NCBI GenBank assembly: GCA_951406725.2
Contig: OX597814.1
Span: 217,124,001-217,188,000 of the forward strand
Direction of reading: 5' to 3'
Source: Octopus vulgaris
Lineage: Eukaryota
Length of the DNA: 64,000 nucleotides
Shown here: positions 24,022 to 37,440 of the stretch, piece by piece
Numbering within the stretch: the first letter of the stretch is position 1
How the letters are laid out: each line of letters starts with the position of its first letter
Notes under the pieces: generated by a model
Told to the model about the DNA's origin: nothing
The model's database searches: none
The model's input: only the letters and a program-made list of their open reading frames with translations
Program-made: the position numbers and the translations under genes

Positions 24022-24439
24022 TTTATTTTTATTATCATCATACTTTGCCTTTGCTTTAATTTATACAAGCTGCACCTAAGCCTCAGCCAGAGACATCAAA
24101 GAACAGGTTTTTATATCTAAAGATACAAACAGGTGAGGTACAATGCAATTGTAAAATCTGATGGCCAGGTCTTATAAAAGAAAATTATTATTGTTATTAT
24201 TATTATGGAAATGAGATGGCAAAATCATGAGTGTGTAGTGGAAAATGCCTTGTGGTATTTGTTCCATCTTCTAATATTCTGAGTTGAAATCTTGCTGGGG
24301 TTAATTTTCTATTTTATCCTTTTCAGATCAGTAAGCACTAAAGTCAATGGTATCAGCTAAATCCCTGCCCTCAAAACTGCTGCTATTCATTTATACCGGA
24401 AACAACAATAATAATAATGATAATTATTATTATTATTAT

Positions 24440-24981
24440 TGAGTGAGAGAGCAGTGCATGCCATCAAAGTGAAACTGGGGTAAAATATACGAAGCCCAGT
24501 ATACCCATCATGACTACCCGTCTAAGAGTACACTAGGCACATGCATCACAACCATATGTGCGCGACATAGTGATCTCATATCAAGATAAACAGCACATGA
24601 CCTTGCAGGTGGGGCCCAGTTAGAATTTTCTTCTGGTCGAGTAGCCCATCCCGCTCAAAAGGTCCCTGAATAAGGGTTGTTTAAGGATATTGAAAGAAAC
24701 ACCCATGTTTCCAGAGGTGAATTATTCAAACCCCAAAGAATTCCTCTCAACTCATGGCTATGATGCTCCCCCACTACTTCTGCTCGTGATTAGAGATGCA
24801 CATATCGTCAGCCACTAAGGGACATGCTCAACTGGTTACGGTCAAACAACCGACAAGCAAATCTGTGGTATTGAGCAGAATATTTGCTGTAGCCGATCTT
24901 TTATACCAAGACAAAACAATGTACATGATAACACTTCCAATCAGTTAAGATCAGAAGCCATGAGAGCCACTGCCTGGTACT
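24440..24981 (-). mobile_element. Dispersed repeat family F
   Basis: Inverted homologue of 9717-10200 with an (AAT)n tail. Confidence 0.7.
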
Positions 24982-25264
24982 ATTATCATTACTATTATTA
25001 TGTGAAGTCATGTTGCAATCACAATTGTAAAATTATGGTTTTGATTCCAAGACTGGTGGTGCATTGCGTTTTTTTAGCAAAACACTTCATTTTGTATTGC
25101 TTCAGTTCAGTCAGTTGTAAATGATTAACCTTGTAACAGACTGGTCTGCCTGCATGCCTGCCTAGCCTGTGGTATGGCTACAACAGTGCAAGGTAACGCA
25201 TTGTGACCAGTGGTGTGTAACAACATCCAATAGTCTGGTCAAAATAGTGATTATTGTTAGAGCG

Positions 25265-26307
25265 ATAGAGTTGCAGAACTGTTAGAGAGTCAAGCAAAAT
25301 GCTTTTCAGTTTTCATCCCATCACTTTACGTTCAAAGTTCTAATCTCACCAAAGCCCACTTTGCATTCCAGAGTCAATACAATAAAGTACAAGTCAAGTA
25401 CTGAAGTTAATATAATTGACCATCCCTGTTATTCCAAACTTATGGTGTCTCATCTATATCAGAAACAGTTAAGGGTGGCTAGCTGGCAGGATTATTAGAA
25501 TATCAAGAGAAAAAGTGCTCTGCAATATTTGCTCTATTTACATACTGAGTTCAAATTCCACTAAATTCAACTTTGCTTTTCATCCTTTAGGGATGATAAA
25601 GTACTAGTCAAGTGCTCAGGATGATATAATTGACTAGTCCCCTCCCCTAAATGTCAGGCCTTGGTGCCTACAGAAGAAGAAAGGATTGTTGTTATGATGA
25701 TTATTATTATTAAGACCTTGCCTTTCATCCTTTCAGGATTGATAAAATAAGCATCAGTTGAACACTGGAGTTGATGCAATCGACTTACCCCATCTCCGAA
25801 ATTGCTGGCTTTGTGCCAAAATTTGAAATCATTTTTATTATTGTTATTATTATTAAGGCAGTGAGTGGGCAGAAGCATTAGCATGCCAGACTAAATGCTT
25901 TGCAGCAAATTCATCTGTTTTTATGTTCTGAGTTCAAATTCTGTTGAGGTTGATTTTGTCTTTTATCCTTTTGTGGGGCCAGTAAAATAGGTAGCTTTTG
26001 AGCACTGGGGTCAATGTAATCAACTCCTCCACCACTCAAAATTGATGGCCTTGTGCCAAACTAAGGATTATTATTATTATTATCATTATTATCATTATTA
26101 TTATTATTATTAAGGTGGTGAGCTGGCAGGATTGTTAATATGTTAGACAAAATGCTTAATAGAATTTCTTCTGGCTCTTTACATTCTGAGTTCAACTTCC
26201 ACCAAGATCAACACTGCTTTTCATCCTTTTGGGGGTCAATAAAATAAAGTACAAATTAAACCCTGGAATCAATTTAATCCACTGACTCCAATGCTCAGGC
26301 CTTGTGC

Positions 26308-26310
<3 letters not shown>
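25265..26310 (+). mobile_element. Cluster of about five decayed family B SINEs separated by (ATT)n or AT-rich spacers
   Basis: Repeated GAGTTCAAAT / GCCTTTCATCCTTT / GGCCTTGTGCC blocks. Confidence 0.65.
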
Positions 26311-26339
<29 letters not shown>

Positions 26340-27044
26340 GGTGGTGGTGGTCATTTCATGGCTTAGTCTGCAGGAGGGGGTTGTGCATCTAGTCTTCAGA
26401 CTTGGGAAATGAACACAACTTACGTTTGGCTAGCATATTTTGTAAATCAGTTTTAGAAAGGGAGAATGTGACCATCAAGGAAATTCCAGAAGAGTTGATG
26501 TTCTAGATTCTGTAAAGTAGAAAGTGTAGGGCCTGGAAGGTGGGCAGTGGGTGAGACATAAGAGTAACAGATAGTAGTAGTGGTGGTTGACAACATTGAT
26601 AAAATCTGAATGAAATTCCTTGTAAATTAGTTACATCACTATATCAGAACATTAGAATTCTTTGTATAGACAACAACTAGAAGTGTATGATAATAGAAGC
26701 TATAGCAGTGTGTGTGTGTGGGGGGGGTGTATGTATGTATATATATATATATTATGTGGCTTTCATAGAAATTTGTACACATCTAGATGCCATTACAAAG
26801 AGTATATGAGTTAAAATAACAAAAGGCTGACAGCAGGTCATGTGAAGTTTCCTGGAAAACAAACATATGAAAAGGGGAATGCATTTGTTGCATATACAAA
26901 CAGAGTTAATAAGCATACACAGTCTATCTAGTGATGTGTTTCATATACTTATACACAGACTCTACATACATATGTTCACACATACACACACATATACATG
27001 TGTGTATGCCTATATATATATTCATGTATACATGTGTATGTGCG

Positions 27045-27076
<32 letters not shown>

Positions 27077-27649
27077 TATCATCATCGTTTAACATCTGTC
27101 TTCCATGCATGTATGTATGGGTAGGATGGTTGACAGGAGGCAGCCAGGTAGAAGACTTCCCCAGGCTACTGTGTCTGCTTTGGCAGGGTTTTTACAGCTG
27201 GATGCCCCTCCTAACACCAACCACGCAGCAGAGTGGACTCAGTGCTCTTTACGTGGCACCAGCACAGGCAAGGTTAGTTTTGGCATGATTTTTACAGCTG
27301 GATGCCCTTCCAAATGCCAACCACTTTACAGTGTGGACTGGAAGCTTTTTACATGGCACCAGCACAGACAGGGTCACCAAGTAACTTGCAAGACAAGGAA
27401 TTATGAGAGGGACAGGGGCATTTGAGGAGGGGAACTTGTGCCAGAGGATAAAAGGATAAGAGGCAGTATTAGGTATCTTGCTATAAAGGAGGATGTGATC
27501 CGCTGTCAGATGATGAAAGGTTAGAGTTAGACAGAAAAATAGAGAGGCAGAAATAGGTGTCTTGTTATAGAGGAGGTACATAGTTATCCAGTGAGAAATA
27601 TATATATATGTAGAAATATAAAGTGGGTTGCTTCATATTTTTATCCAAC

Positions 27650-28660
27650 AGAGAAAAGATATTGCTGAAAATGTAACCTTCAATCAAAAGTAGTGATGTA
27701 CAACCATTTTTTTAAGTGAGTCACAAAATTCATATGGAAAACTTCAAGGACCATGAAATATAAATTTTCTTTTGACTGCATTATGCAATCCAGTATGACA
27801 CAAAAGTCACCGTGTGGACTACCAATACTTGAGTTTGGATCAATAACGATGCACCTAGACCATATTGGACATCACTGATCTAAGGCATTGTTGGTGACTG
27901 ATAATACTCTAGGCCTCCTTCAGAATCTCAACACTTTTTGTTACTGCATTCCCGGTGAAGTATTTTACCTACCATCAAAACTATCCCTTAATCCAATTTA
28001 AGGATCAGTGCCTAATTTCTAATATTAACCCTTTAGCATTTAAACTGGACATATCCAGCTCAAATATTCTACTTGTTTTCTGTTGCAGTTAGCCAGATCC
28101 AACCTCTCACACCTATCTGACAATGTTAATATAAAAATAAACAATCACATTCTCAAAATCTCAAAGCTACAAGTTGATGCATGATTAATTTTTAAGAAAT
28201 GTAAATAAATAAACATCACATATGACAGAATAATCTGAATGCTAAAGATGTATTACCTTCACTGCCCTTTTAAACAACTTGAAATAGGTGGCCAAGATGA
28301 ACAATCTATCAAGGTCTTTTGGCAAAAGATCATAAAGGCCATTGATAATATCAAAGCATCTTATAATGAAGAAATCACGAACTGTATTAACAGAGTTTGG
28401 AAGGGACTATGGCCAAAAGCATGATTTTCTGGAATTTGCAGAGCTGTCCAATGAATGGGAAATGCAAAATGTCATTGCTAAAAGATTTAGAGAAGTTGAT
28501 AGAGTTTCATGATAAGAATGTATCTATTAAAGACCTGTAGGAGTTAGTACAGCAAGACATCCAAAATAAACCTGAATACTCTACTATAGATGTAGTAACA
28601 CCGAAAACAATTTTTACTACCTAATTTTTAAGAAAACAGCCCTACCATGTTTACAGAAAT
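27650..28660 (+). pseudogene. Tigger/pogo transposase fossil (DDE_1 region) interrupted by a MITE
   Basis: Decayed DNAPxH- and FYLPxxTxxLIQxxDQxxIS-like motifs at about 27840-28025, continuing as KMYYL..FWQK..CINRVWKGLWP (ORF 28239-28424). Confidence 0.55.
28029..28247. mobile_element. piggyBac-like MITE, right end clipped
   Basis: TTAA-CCCTTTAGCATT ... AATGCTAAAG. Confidence 0.7.
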
Positions 28661-29023
28661 CAAGAACCAGTTTATTAAGAATTAGATAGACAATTACAGG
28701 TATCAAATACCATACAAGATGAATTTTTGATTTATTAAAATTGCCTCTACAGGACATGTCATAATTGCGAAGTGGCAATTAAGACAAGTTCCACATGAGA
28801 AGGGAAGATCATCTAAGAACCAAGGATTCTCCAAAGTAGACATGCATTGAGGAAGAGATGGGTTTATTGTCTGGAGATAAGAGGAAAGTTACGGACAGAT
28901 GTTATTGGCTCAATAGCTATCATCAACAGGACAACTACCTGACCTTATCTAGTAGCTGAGGGATTTAGACTTATACAAAAAATGTAGAATATATTTATGG
29001 CCAAGGTAATTTGCATAATTTAA

Positions 29024-29244
29024 CCCTTTAGCATTCAGATTTCTTTGCCAAATTTAATGCTTATTTATTCACATTGTTTTGAATTAATCATACATTATTT
29101 TGTAGCTTTGAGATATTCATGACATGACTGTTTCTTTTTAGAATGACCATTGTACAGTAGGTGTAAGAGGCCAGATTTGACTGTTATCAACATAAAACTA
29201 GTAGTATATTTGGTCCTGATATGGCTGGTTTCAATGGTAAAGGG
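29024..29244. mobile_element. piggyBac-like MITE
   Basis: TTAA-CCCTTTAGCATT ... AATGGTAAAGGG-TTAA. Confidence 0.8.
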
Positions 29245-29511
29245 TTAAATGGTAAAATGAATCAAGTGAGTGGCCAATGGCATGTAAAGGCATACCTTGA
29301 CTTAAGTTGTTTCAATTTAAGTCGTTCTCAATTATACGTCAGTTTTCAAAAATAATATATGGAAAAATAAAAATCAAGTTAAGTCATTTTATTAAACTTC
29401 ACGTCTGTCCACCACAAATACTGGAATTGTAAAATCACTAGAAAACCATTAAAAGCACATAAAATCATGTTCTGTACAATAAATAAGAATAAAAGCATAT
29501 AAAATCATATT

Positions 29512-29724
29512 CTTTTCTGCTCTAGGCACAAGACCCTAAATTTTGGGGGAGAGGGCCATTCAATTAGATTGACCCCAGTACGCAACTGGTACTTAATTTA
29601 TCAACCCTGAAAGGATGAAAGGCAAAGTCAACTTTGGCAGAATTTGAACGCAGAATGTAAAGACTGATGAAACAGCGCAAAGCAGTGCACCCAGCATACT
29701 AATGTTTCTGCCAGCTCGCCACGT
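29512..29724 (-). mobile_element. SINE family B
   Basis: Family B homology; flanked by a repeated ATATAAAATCATATT. Confidence 0.8.
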
Positions 29725-29935
29725 TAATATAAAATCATATTAAAATTTGTACAGTAAATGTTAAGTTACACACCATAAAGCAGTGTAGCTTAGTGAACGA
29801 AATCATGAAGTCAGCTGTGTTGTTTTATTTATCAGTCTTTTGGCGCTCATATTGCACTGTAGTTCCAATATCTACTGTTAGACATCATTGTGATTTCCAG
29901 GATTGTTTTGAATTCAGATTTGTTTACATCTGTCT

Positions 29936-30352
29936 CTCTTTTTACTCTCTTTTACTTGTTTCAGTCATTTGACTGCAGCCATGCTGGAGCACTGCCTTTA
30001 ATCGAGCAACTCAACCCCAGGACTTATTCTTTGTAAGCCCAGTACTTATTCTATCGGTCTCTTTTGCCGAACCGCTAAGTAACGGGGACGTAAACACACC
30101 AGCATCGGTTGTCAAGCAATGCTAGAGGGACAAACACAGACACACAAACATATACACATACATACACTTATATATATATACATATATACGACAGGCTTCT
30201 TTCAGTTTCCGTCTACCAAATCCACTCACAAGGCTTTGGTCGGCCCGAGACTATAGCAGAAGACACTTGCCCAAGATGCCACGCAGTGGGACTGAACCCG
30301 GAACCATGTGGTTGGTAAGCAAGCTACTTACCACACAGCCACTCCTGCGCCT
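29936..30352 (-). mobile_element. SINE family A
   Basis: Full-length homology; ACATCTGTCT repeated at both flanks. Confidence 0.88.
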
Positions 30353-30626
30353 ATAGACATCTGTCTATCTACTTTCTCATTCTCATTCATTTGTGACTTT
30401 ATTTTTTGCCCCCATGACTCCTAAGAAAATTCATAGTGAAAGTGCTAAGCTATGATAATTGCAAAACACATTAAATAGTGTCTGCAATGTACAGTAAACA
30501 CTGCCAAATTGTATTCATAAATTTAGATTACCTTTTTTTTTTACTGTACTGTATTAAGAAATGAAAATTATTTGTAAGCTTAAAATAGGTTATTATTAAC
30601 CATGTATTATTGAAAATGCATTCATA

Positions 30627-31024
30627 AGGCGCAGGAACGGCTGTGTGGTAAGTAGCTTGCTAACAAACCACATGGTTCCGGGTTCAGTCCCATTGCGTGG
30701 CAACTTGGGCAAGTGTCTTCTGCTATAGCCCCGGGCCGACCAATGCCTTGTGAGTGGATTTGGTAGACGGAAACTGAAAGAAGCCTCTCGTATATATGTG
30801 TATATATCTAAGTGTGTGTGTGTATATGTTTGTGTGTCTGTGTTTGTCCCCCCAACATCGCTTGACAACCGATGTTGGTAACTTAGAGGTTCGGCAAAAG
30901 AGACCGATAGAATAAGTACTGGGCTTACAAAGAATAAGTCCTGAGGTCGATTTGCTTGACTAAAGGCGGTGCTCCAGCATGGCCGTAGTCAAATGACTGA
31001 AACAAGTAAAAGAGTAAAAGAGTA
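30627..31024 (+). mobile_element. SINE family A
   Basis: Full-length homology to 291-700. Confidence 0.88.
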
Positions 31025-32927
31025 TAAATAAAGTACAGAACTGAGAATGGCTATTAACATTTTGGCCTAGAGACAAATTAATTCGACTTAAGTCATTTTT
31101 TCACTTAAGTTTTGTCTCCTGGAACCAATTAACGATGTAGGGTGAGGTATGCCTGTATTAGAACAGCAGACAAATACAGGTATATCAAATACCATACAAC
31201 ATGAATTCTTGATTTATTAAAATTATCTCTGCCTCCTGAGGATTTATTATAATTACTTAAAGGCATTTAAGATCAGCTACACTTGAGAAAGGAGATAATC
31301 TTAAGATTCAATTAGAATGACCTTGATTGGGATCTCAGCAGCAAGGCAAAGAGAAATGTTCCGATCATGATGGCTGCTGCTATGAATTGCTTCATGGGAG
31401 AAGACACCACAAAACATTGACAATATTAGATGTATCCTTCAAAAAGCAACCAATATGTAAAGAAGGAACCACAGCCTGAATTCTCATGCCAGATTTAGTC
31501 TATACATGTCGTCCTATTTCTCACTTCACTTTCCCACAGAATTAATTGTGGTCGGGCCTTGTGAACTCATGATTAAAATTGGTTAATAACATTTATAACA
31601 TTAGATCTTAATTAAACTTGGTTTCTAATTTAATCATAACTTTAGATCACAATGTATGAAATAACATAACATCGCATGAGGTTATCAAAAGTTATTAAGT
31701 GCTTCTGGGGTGTGACAGCAAGATTTTGGCTTTTTCATATTTATTTCTGTTTATATCAGTTAAGATAGCCTATGAAGTTTTTAACCCTTTTTATGTTGTT
31801 ATAATGACCCCAAATAGTGCTGTTTCATTTAGCATTGAACAGTTTAAGAATGCAGGATTCCAGGCATGGGAACACCACTATTTTAAGGTGCAAGCTAAGC
31901 TGTGTAGTTAAAAAGTTCACTTCATGACTGCATAGTTTCAGGTTTCATTTTGCTATGTGACACTTTAGTCAAGTGTTTTATACTACTGCCCCAAGTTGGC
32001 CAAAGCCTTGTGAATCGATTTGGTAGATAGAAACTAAAAGAATCCTGCCATGTATATGTAACCATTTGTATCTAGTGTGTGTGTGTGAGTTGAGTATATT
32101 TGTCTCTTCTTGTTTTGGCATCAACATAATAGTTGTAAATGAGTGCCATTGTTATACAAGCAGTGTCATTCATTTCCAATATTCTGCAGAAGTGTGTCTG
32201 ACCATAGAGAAATAGTACTTGGAACTGGTGAGGATTGGTCACAGGAAAGGCATTGGTCTCAGTAAATTCAGTTCAACCCAGACCTCTCTCCTTTGTACCA
32301 ACTTGACTGTTATTTTTATTCATAACCTAATTCTTCATTTCTACTATTTTTATAATTTACCCTTCCCCACTTCCCACATGATAAACAATTTAAAGTTTTT
32401 GTTCTATTTCTGTTTGTTGAGTGGGGAATGTCACTCACTTGAATCTGAACAATCTGAGTTCATTTCCTGTGAAGTTTAGTAGAAAAGAAATGATTTCACT
32501 TGCAGGGAGAAAGAAATGTAAGTCAAAGATGGTGAGATTTTGTACTTATTGCCTTAATACAAGTGTCTTGTACTAAGTGACCTAGAAGAAGTGTCAGCTT
32601 TTATTTTGCATTTCTCCCCCACCCCCACCTTTCTTCTCCTCTGATAACCTTTTTCTCCCCATAACAATTTAATGGAGAAAAAATGTAGCCCCCTTCTACA
32701 AACCATAACAGATTGATGTTGCCAAATAAATCATCCATGACAGGGGTGGGATGGGGAATCACAAGCCTTAAACTTGACCTTGACGTTTTTTATGAACTGG
32801 TGATGTTTTTTTTTGATATTTATAAAACAAAAACATAATAGACTCAACAAGTATTAACACCATTACTGTAAGGTCACCAGTAAGAAAACTGCTGACATTA
32901 GCAGTTGGACAAGAATGCCTTAAACTA

Positions 32928-33328
32928 TACTCTTTACTTTTTTACTTGTTTCAGTCATTTGATTGCGGCCATGCTAGAGCACCGACTTTAATCAAGCAAA
33001 TCGACCCCGGGACTTATTCTTTGTAAGCCTAGTACTTATTCTTTCGGTCTCTTTTGCCAAACTGTTCAGTTACGGGGACATAAACACACCAGCATCGGTT
33101 GTCAAGCAATGCTAGGGGGACAAACACAGACACACAAACACACATATATATATATACTTATATACAACGGGTTTCTTTCAGTTTCCATCTACCAAATCTA
33201 CTCTCAAGGCTTTGGTCGCCACGAGGCTATAGTGGAAGACACTTGCCCAAGATGCCACACAGTGGGACTGAACCTGGAGCCATGTGGTTGGTAAGCAAGC
33301 TACTTACCACACAGCCACTCCTGCACCT
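32928..33328 (-). mobile_element. SINE family A
   Basis: Full-length homology. Confidence 0.85.
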
Positions 33329-33971
33329 ATATAAATTAAGGTGTCAGAATTGAAATTCTTAGCATTTTGTCTGTCTTCATATTCTGAGTTCAAATTTCAC
33401 TGAGATTGACTTTGCCTTTCATCCTTTTGGGGTTGATAATAAGTACCAGTTTAGTACTGGAGTCAAAGTAATTAACTTACCCCTTAACCCAAAATTCCTG
33501 GCCTTATGCCAAATTTCAATTTTTAAGCTGCATAAAGGCAAGCTGGCAGAACCATTAGCACTTAGCGAGCATTTCATCTGTCTATATGTTCTGAGTTCAA
33601 ATTCTGTCAAGGTCAACTTTGCTGTTCATCCTTTCAGGATTGATAAAATCAGTACCAGTTGAGTACTGAAGTTAATGTGATACACTGCCCACCCCTTCCC
33701 CCCAATTCTAGGCCTTCTGCCTACAGTAGAAAATAATTATCAAACTACATACTTTTATATTTAGATTCCAAGTTAAAAACCCTGTCAAGGTCACAATTGC
33801 TTTTGTCCTTCAGGAGTTGGGGAAAGGATTGATGAAATAAATTAATAGTGAAATGGTGGTGGTGCCACCGCAAAGTTGACCATGAAGGAATTTGAACTCA
33901 GAAAATAAAAATGGATGAAATGTTGCAAAGCATTTTGCTCAACATGCTAATGGTTCTACCAGCTCACTACC

Positions 33972-34004
<33 letters not shown>

Positions 34005-34029
34005 GTAGTAGTAGTAGTTGTTGTTGTTG

Positions 34030-34316
34030 TCTGTTCCTTCTCAAGCCATGCCTGGCTCACAGGGCCGGTTTCCCGGTTTCCTTGGTGTATAGGTTCCCCA
34101 CCTGGACAGGACGCCGGTCTGTTGCAGGTGAGCTGCAAGATGCAGGAGGAAAGAGTGAGAGAAAGTTGTGGTGAAAGAGTCAGCAGAAGTTTGCCTTTAT
34201 CTTCTGCTGGAGCCGCGTGGAGCTCATAAACATACACATCGCCCAGTCTGAGATTCGAACCCGCGATCCCTTGACCGCGAGTCCGCTGCTCTAACCACTA
34301 GGCTTTGTACCTCCAC
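34030..34316 (-). mobile_element. SINE D2 variant
   Basis: D-type head; tail shared with 12285-12599. Confidence 0.7.
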
Positions 34317-34847
34317 AGTAGTAGTAGTTTCTAATTTAGGCACAAGCCAATAATTTTGAGGAGGGTAGTAATTCAATACCATCAACCTTAATACTTGATT
34401 GGTTATATTTTATCAATTCCAAAAGAATGAAAGGCTAAGGTGAACCAAGTAATATTTGAAACCAGAATGGAAAGATTTGGAAGAAATACCAATCGATAAC
34501 GTCAAGGCTTTGCATTTGATCTTAGACATCCATATTTTAATTCACCCTTGGATGGCAAAATTGATAGACATTATGTTTATGTTTATGTTTTCCAGTTTTA
34601 GCTCTTGAGCTGTGGCCATGCTGGGGCACCGCCATTTGGTACCTTATTAGGTGGGTGGCCTTATATTCTGAACTCAAATCATACCCTTATCATCATCATT
34701 GTCTTAACATTCACTTTTCCATGTTTGCATGGATCAGATGGAGTTTATTGAGGCAGATACCCTTCCTGTCACTTGTTTCTAGGCAAAGTAATATTTTCTT
34801 ATGGCCAAACATATTTTCACAGAAGATAGGAAACAAGAGACACTACT

Positions 34848-35162
34848 TATCATCATCATCATCATCGTTTAATGTCCGTTTTCCGCGCTAGCACGGGTTG
34901 GACGGTTCGACTGGGGTCTGGGAAGCCAGGAGACTGCACCAGGCTCCAGTCTGATCTGGCAGAGTTTCTACAGCTGGATGCCCTTCCTAACGCCAACCAC
35001 TCCGCAAGTGTAGTGGGTGCTTTTTACGTGCCACCTGCACAGGTGGAAGTCGAGGCGGTGCTGGCATCGGCCACGTTCAGATGGTGCTTTTTATGTGCCA
35101 CCGGCACAGAAGCCATTTGAGGTGGGGTTGGCATTGGTCACGTTCGGATGGTGCTTTTTATG
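34848..35162 (-). mobile_element. SINE-like family C
   Basis: Family C block, (CAT)n on the plus strand, about 3 units. Confidence 0.8.
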
Positions 35163-35173
35163 TTTGGATGATA

Positions 35174-36002
35174 TCTATAATATAAATTGAACATGGGCGA
35201 TCGCTTTCTTGTTTTGAGGTTCACGGCCAAACGGCTGGGTGCATTCACATGAAAAATGGCACACATGTGGAGACGGGTGCATAGAGTGGAATGCAGTTTG
35301 TATTTTTTCCCTAGCACCCATACTTACCGAGAAAATCGATTAAAACTTTTTCTAATAGAATTTCCCTCTTTCTTCTGCCATTAAAACAACCAGTTGCTTA
35401 GAAGCTGGTTTCTGATGGGGTGGGGGTCAGGAAATTTTCACATAGCTGGAGGCTCCAATCGAAACAGGGGAAGCGATATGATAAGGCTGACAAACACTGT
35501 TTACTCTTTACTCTTTTACTTGTTTCAGTCATTTGACTGCGGCCATGCTGGAGCACCGCCTTTTAGTTGAACAAAATCAACCCAGGACTTATTTTTTGTA
35601 AGCCCAGTACTTATTCTATCGGTCTCTTTTACCGAACCGCTAAGTTACGGGGACGTAAACACACCAGCATCGGTTGTCAAGCAATGCTAGAGGGACAAAC
35701 ACAGACACACAAACATATACATACACATACATACATATATATATACATATATACGACAGGCTTCTTTCAGTTTCCGTCTACCAAATCCACTCACAAGGCA
35801 TTGGTCGGCCCAAGGCTATAGTAGAAGACACTTGCCCAAGATGCCACGCAGTGGGACTGAACCCAGAACCATGTGGTTGGTAGGCAAGCTACTTACCACA
35901 CAGCCACTCCTGCGCCTATGACTGTTATATATTATGCCTAACCAAAAACGATCACAGCCACATCATCCAAACAGACCGAGTGAAACCGGGCTTAGCTGCT
36001 AG
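35174..36002 (+). mobile_element. Non-autonomous Helitron H4 interrupted by a family A SINE
   Basis: A|TCTATAATATAAA ... CCGAGTGAAACCGGG hairpin ... CTGCTAG|T. Confidence 0.7.
35501..35917 (-). mobile_element. SINE family A
   Basis: Full-length homology. Confidence 0.88.
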
Positions 36003-36187
36003 TAGCCTATAAATATAAATGAATGTTACCATCAGTACAATCTGTAAAGAAGGGAAACAGTCTAGTGTACTAGTGACCAACAGCTACAGTGCAGTGTAAA
36101 TTGTAAAGGAGTAAAATGAAATAACACTTCACTCAGTTCTTTCTTTACAGAATCATAGTTTTTGAAACCTAAAGATATAAATGAATG

Positions 36188-36457
36188 TCTGGCTTCTGTG
36201 CCGGTGGCACATAAAAAGCACCAACCGATCGTGGCCGATGCCAGACCCCTCTGGCACCTGTGTAGGTGGCACGTAAAAAGCACCCACTACACTCACGGAG
36301 CGGTTGGCGTTAGGAAGGGCATCCAGCTGTAGAAACACCGCCAGATCAGACTGGAGCCTGGTGCAGCCCCTGGCTTCCCAGACCCCGGTCGAACCGTCCA
36401 ACCCGTGCTAGCGCGGAAAACGGACGTTAAACGATGATGATGATGATGATGATGATG
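36188..36457 (+). mobile_element. SINE-like family C
   Basis: Two units, family C block, (GAT)n tail. Confidence 0.8.
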
Positions 36458-37009
36458 ACTATTAGTACACTCTGTAAAGTGGGCGACATTAGGAAGGACA
36501 TCCAGCTATAGAAACCATACCAAAACGGACAGTAGAATATGGCACAGCCCTCTAGCTTGTCTGCTCTTGTCAAAACACCCGACCCATACCAACATGGAAA
36601 ATGGATTTTAACTGACAGTGATGATTGGATGTGTGTGTGTGTGTGTGTGTGTGTGTCCTATATATATTGCAGTTTATTTTTGTCATGTCTACTCAGGCTG
36701 GAGATTAAAATGCTTCTCACTACCATTGCTGGTATTGTTTTGCGTTTTATTGTCTTATTTGAATTATGGACAAAGTGAGAATGCGATGTGTCATATTTGT
36801 GGACAACAGAACACTGCTTGTATTAAAGCTTAGTGTCTTTTTTTTTATTCGTATATTTGTTTACTTATTTTTGCTGGTTCTCATTCCATTCTCACAAGAT
36901 TTAAAAACCTCACCACTTTAACCTTCCCAATGATCTGTTGAAACATGAAGTTTAAATAGATTGTACAAGTAATGTTTTGTTTGTCACTTATAACAACTGA
37001 ATATATATT

Positions 37010-37047
<38 letters not shown>

Positions 37048-37072
37048 CACACATACACAATAAACACACTGG

Positions 37073-37440
37073 GGATCTTTTCGGTTTGAACGGCAGTTTT
37101 TAACATAATTTCTAGGTAACTAAAAAATTTTTAACTTCGTATACTGGTAGAATGTGTTTATAAAACATCTTTTTCTCTTGGCTTTATTGAGAAAATTCCA
37201 TAGTTTGTAAGATATTTGTTGTTTTTTTTCTTCAATTTCTGCAATTTCAACCAATCAATGACGTCTATTGAGGTGAAAACATTCGGTGCCGTATGAATAT
37301 GTCCCTTGTTTAAGAAACAGATTGGGTTTATTTACATTTCTGAAGTAAAAAAGATACCCTTCACCCCACCCCTAAACCTAATGGGTGACAATTTCATATA
37401 ACACTCCTAGAAAAAACTGCCGTTCAAACTGAAAAGATCC
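37073..37440. mobile_element. Merlin-like MITE
   Basis: About 28-bp TIR GGATCTTTTCGGTTTGAACGGCAGTTTT; perfect 8-bp TSD CACACTGG; GG..CC termini. Confidence 0.75.

Larger units (their letters stand above)
29287..31155. mobile_element. Non-autonomous Tigger-like element containing three SINE insertions
   Basis: TA|AAGGCATACCT ... AGGTATGCCTG|TA (Tigger-type CAGGCATACCT TIR, TA TSD); subterminal GACTTAAGT repeats at both ends. Confidence 0.7.

Noticed and set aside
36696-36775. Plus-strand exon encoding a signal-peptide-like MLLTTIAGIVLRFIVLFELWT
   Set aside because: Hydrophobic translation is expected from T-rich DNA, no partner exon was found and the splice signals are modest.
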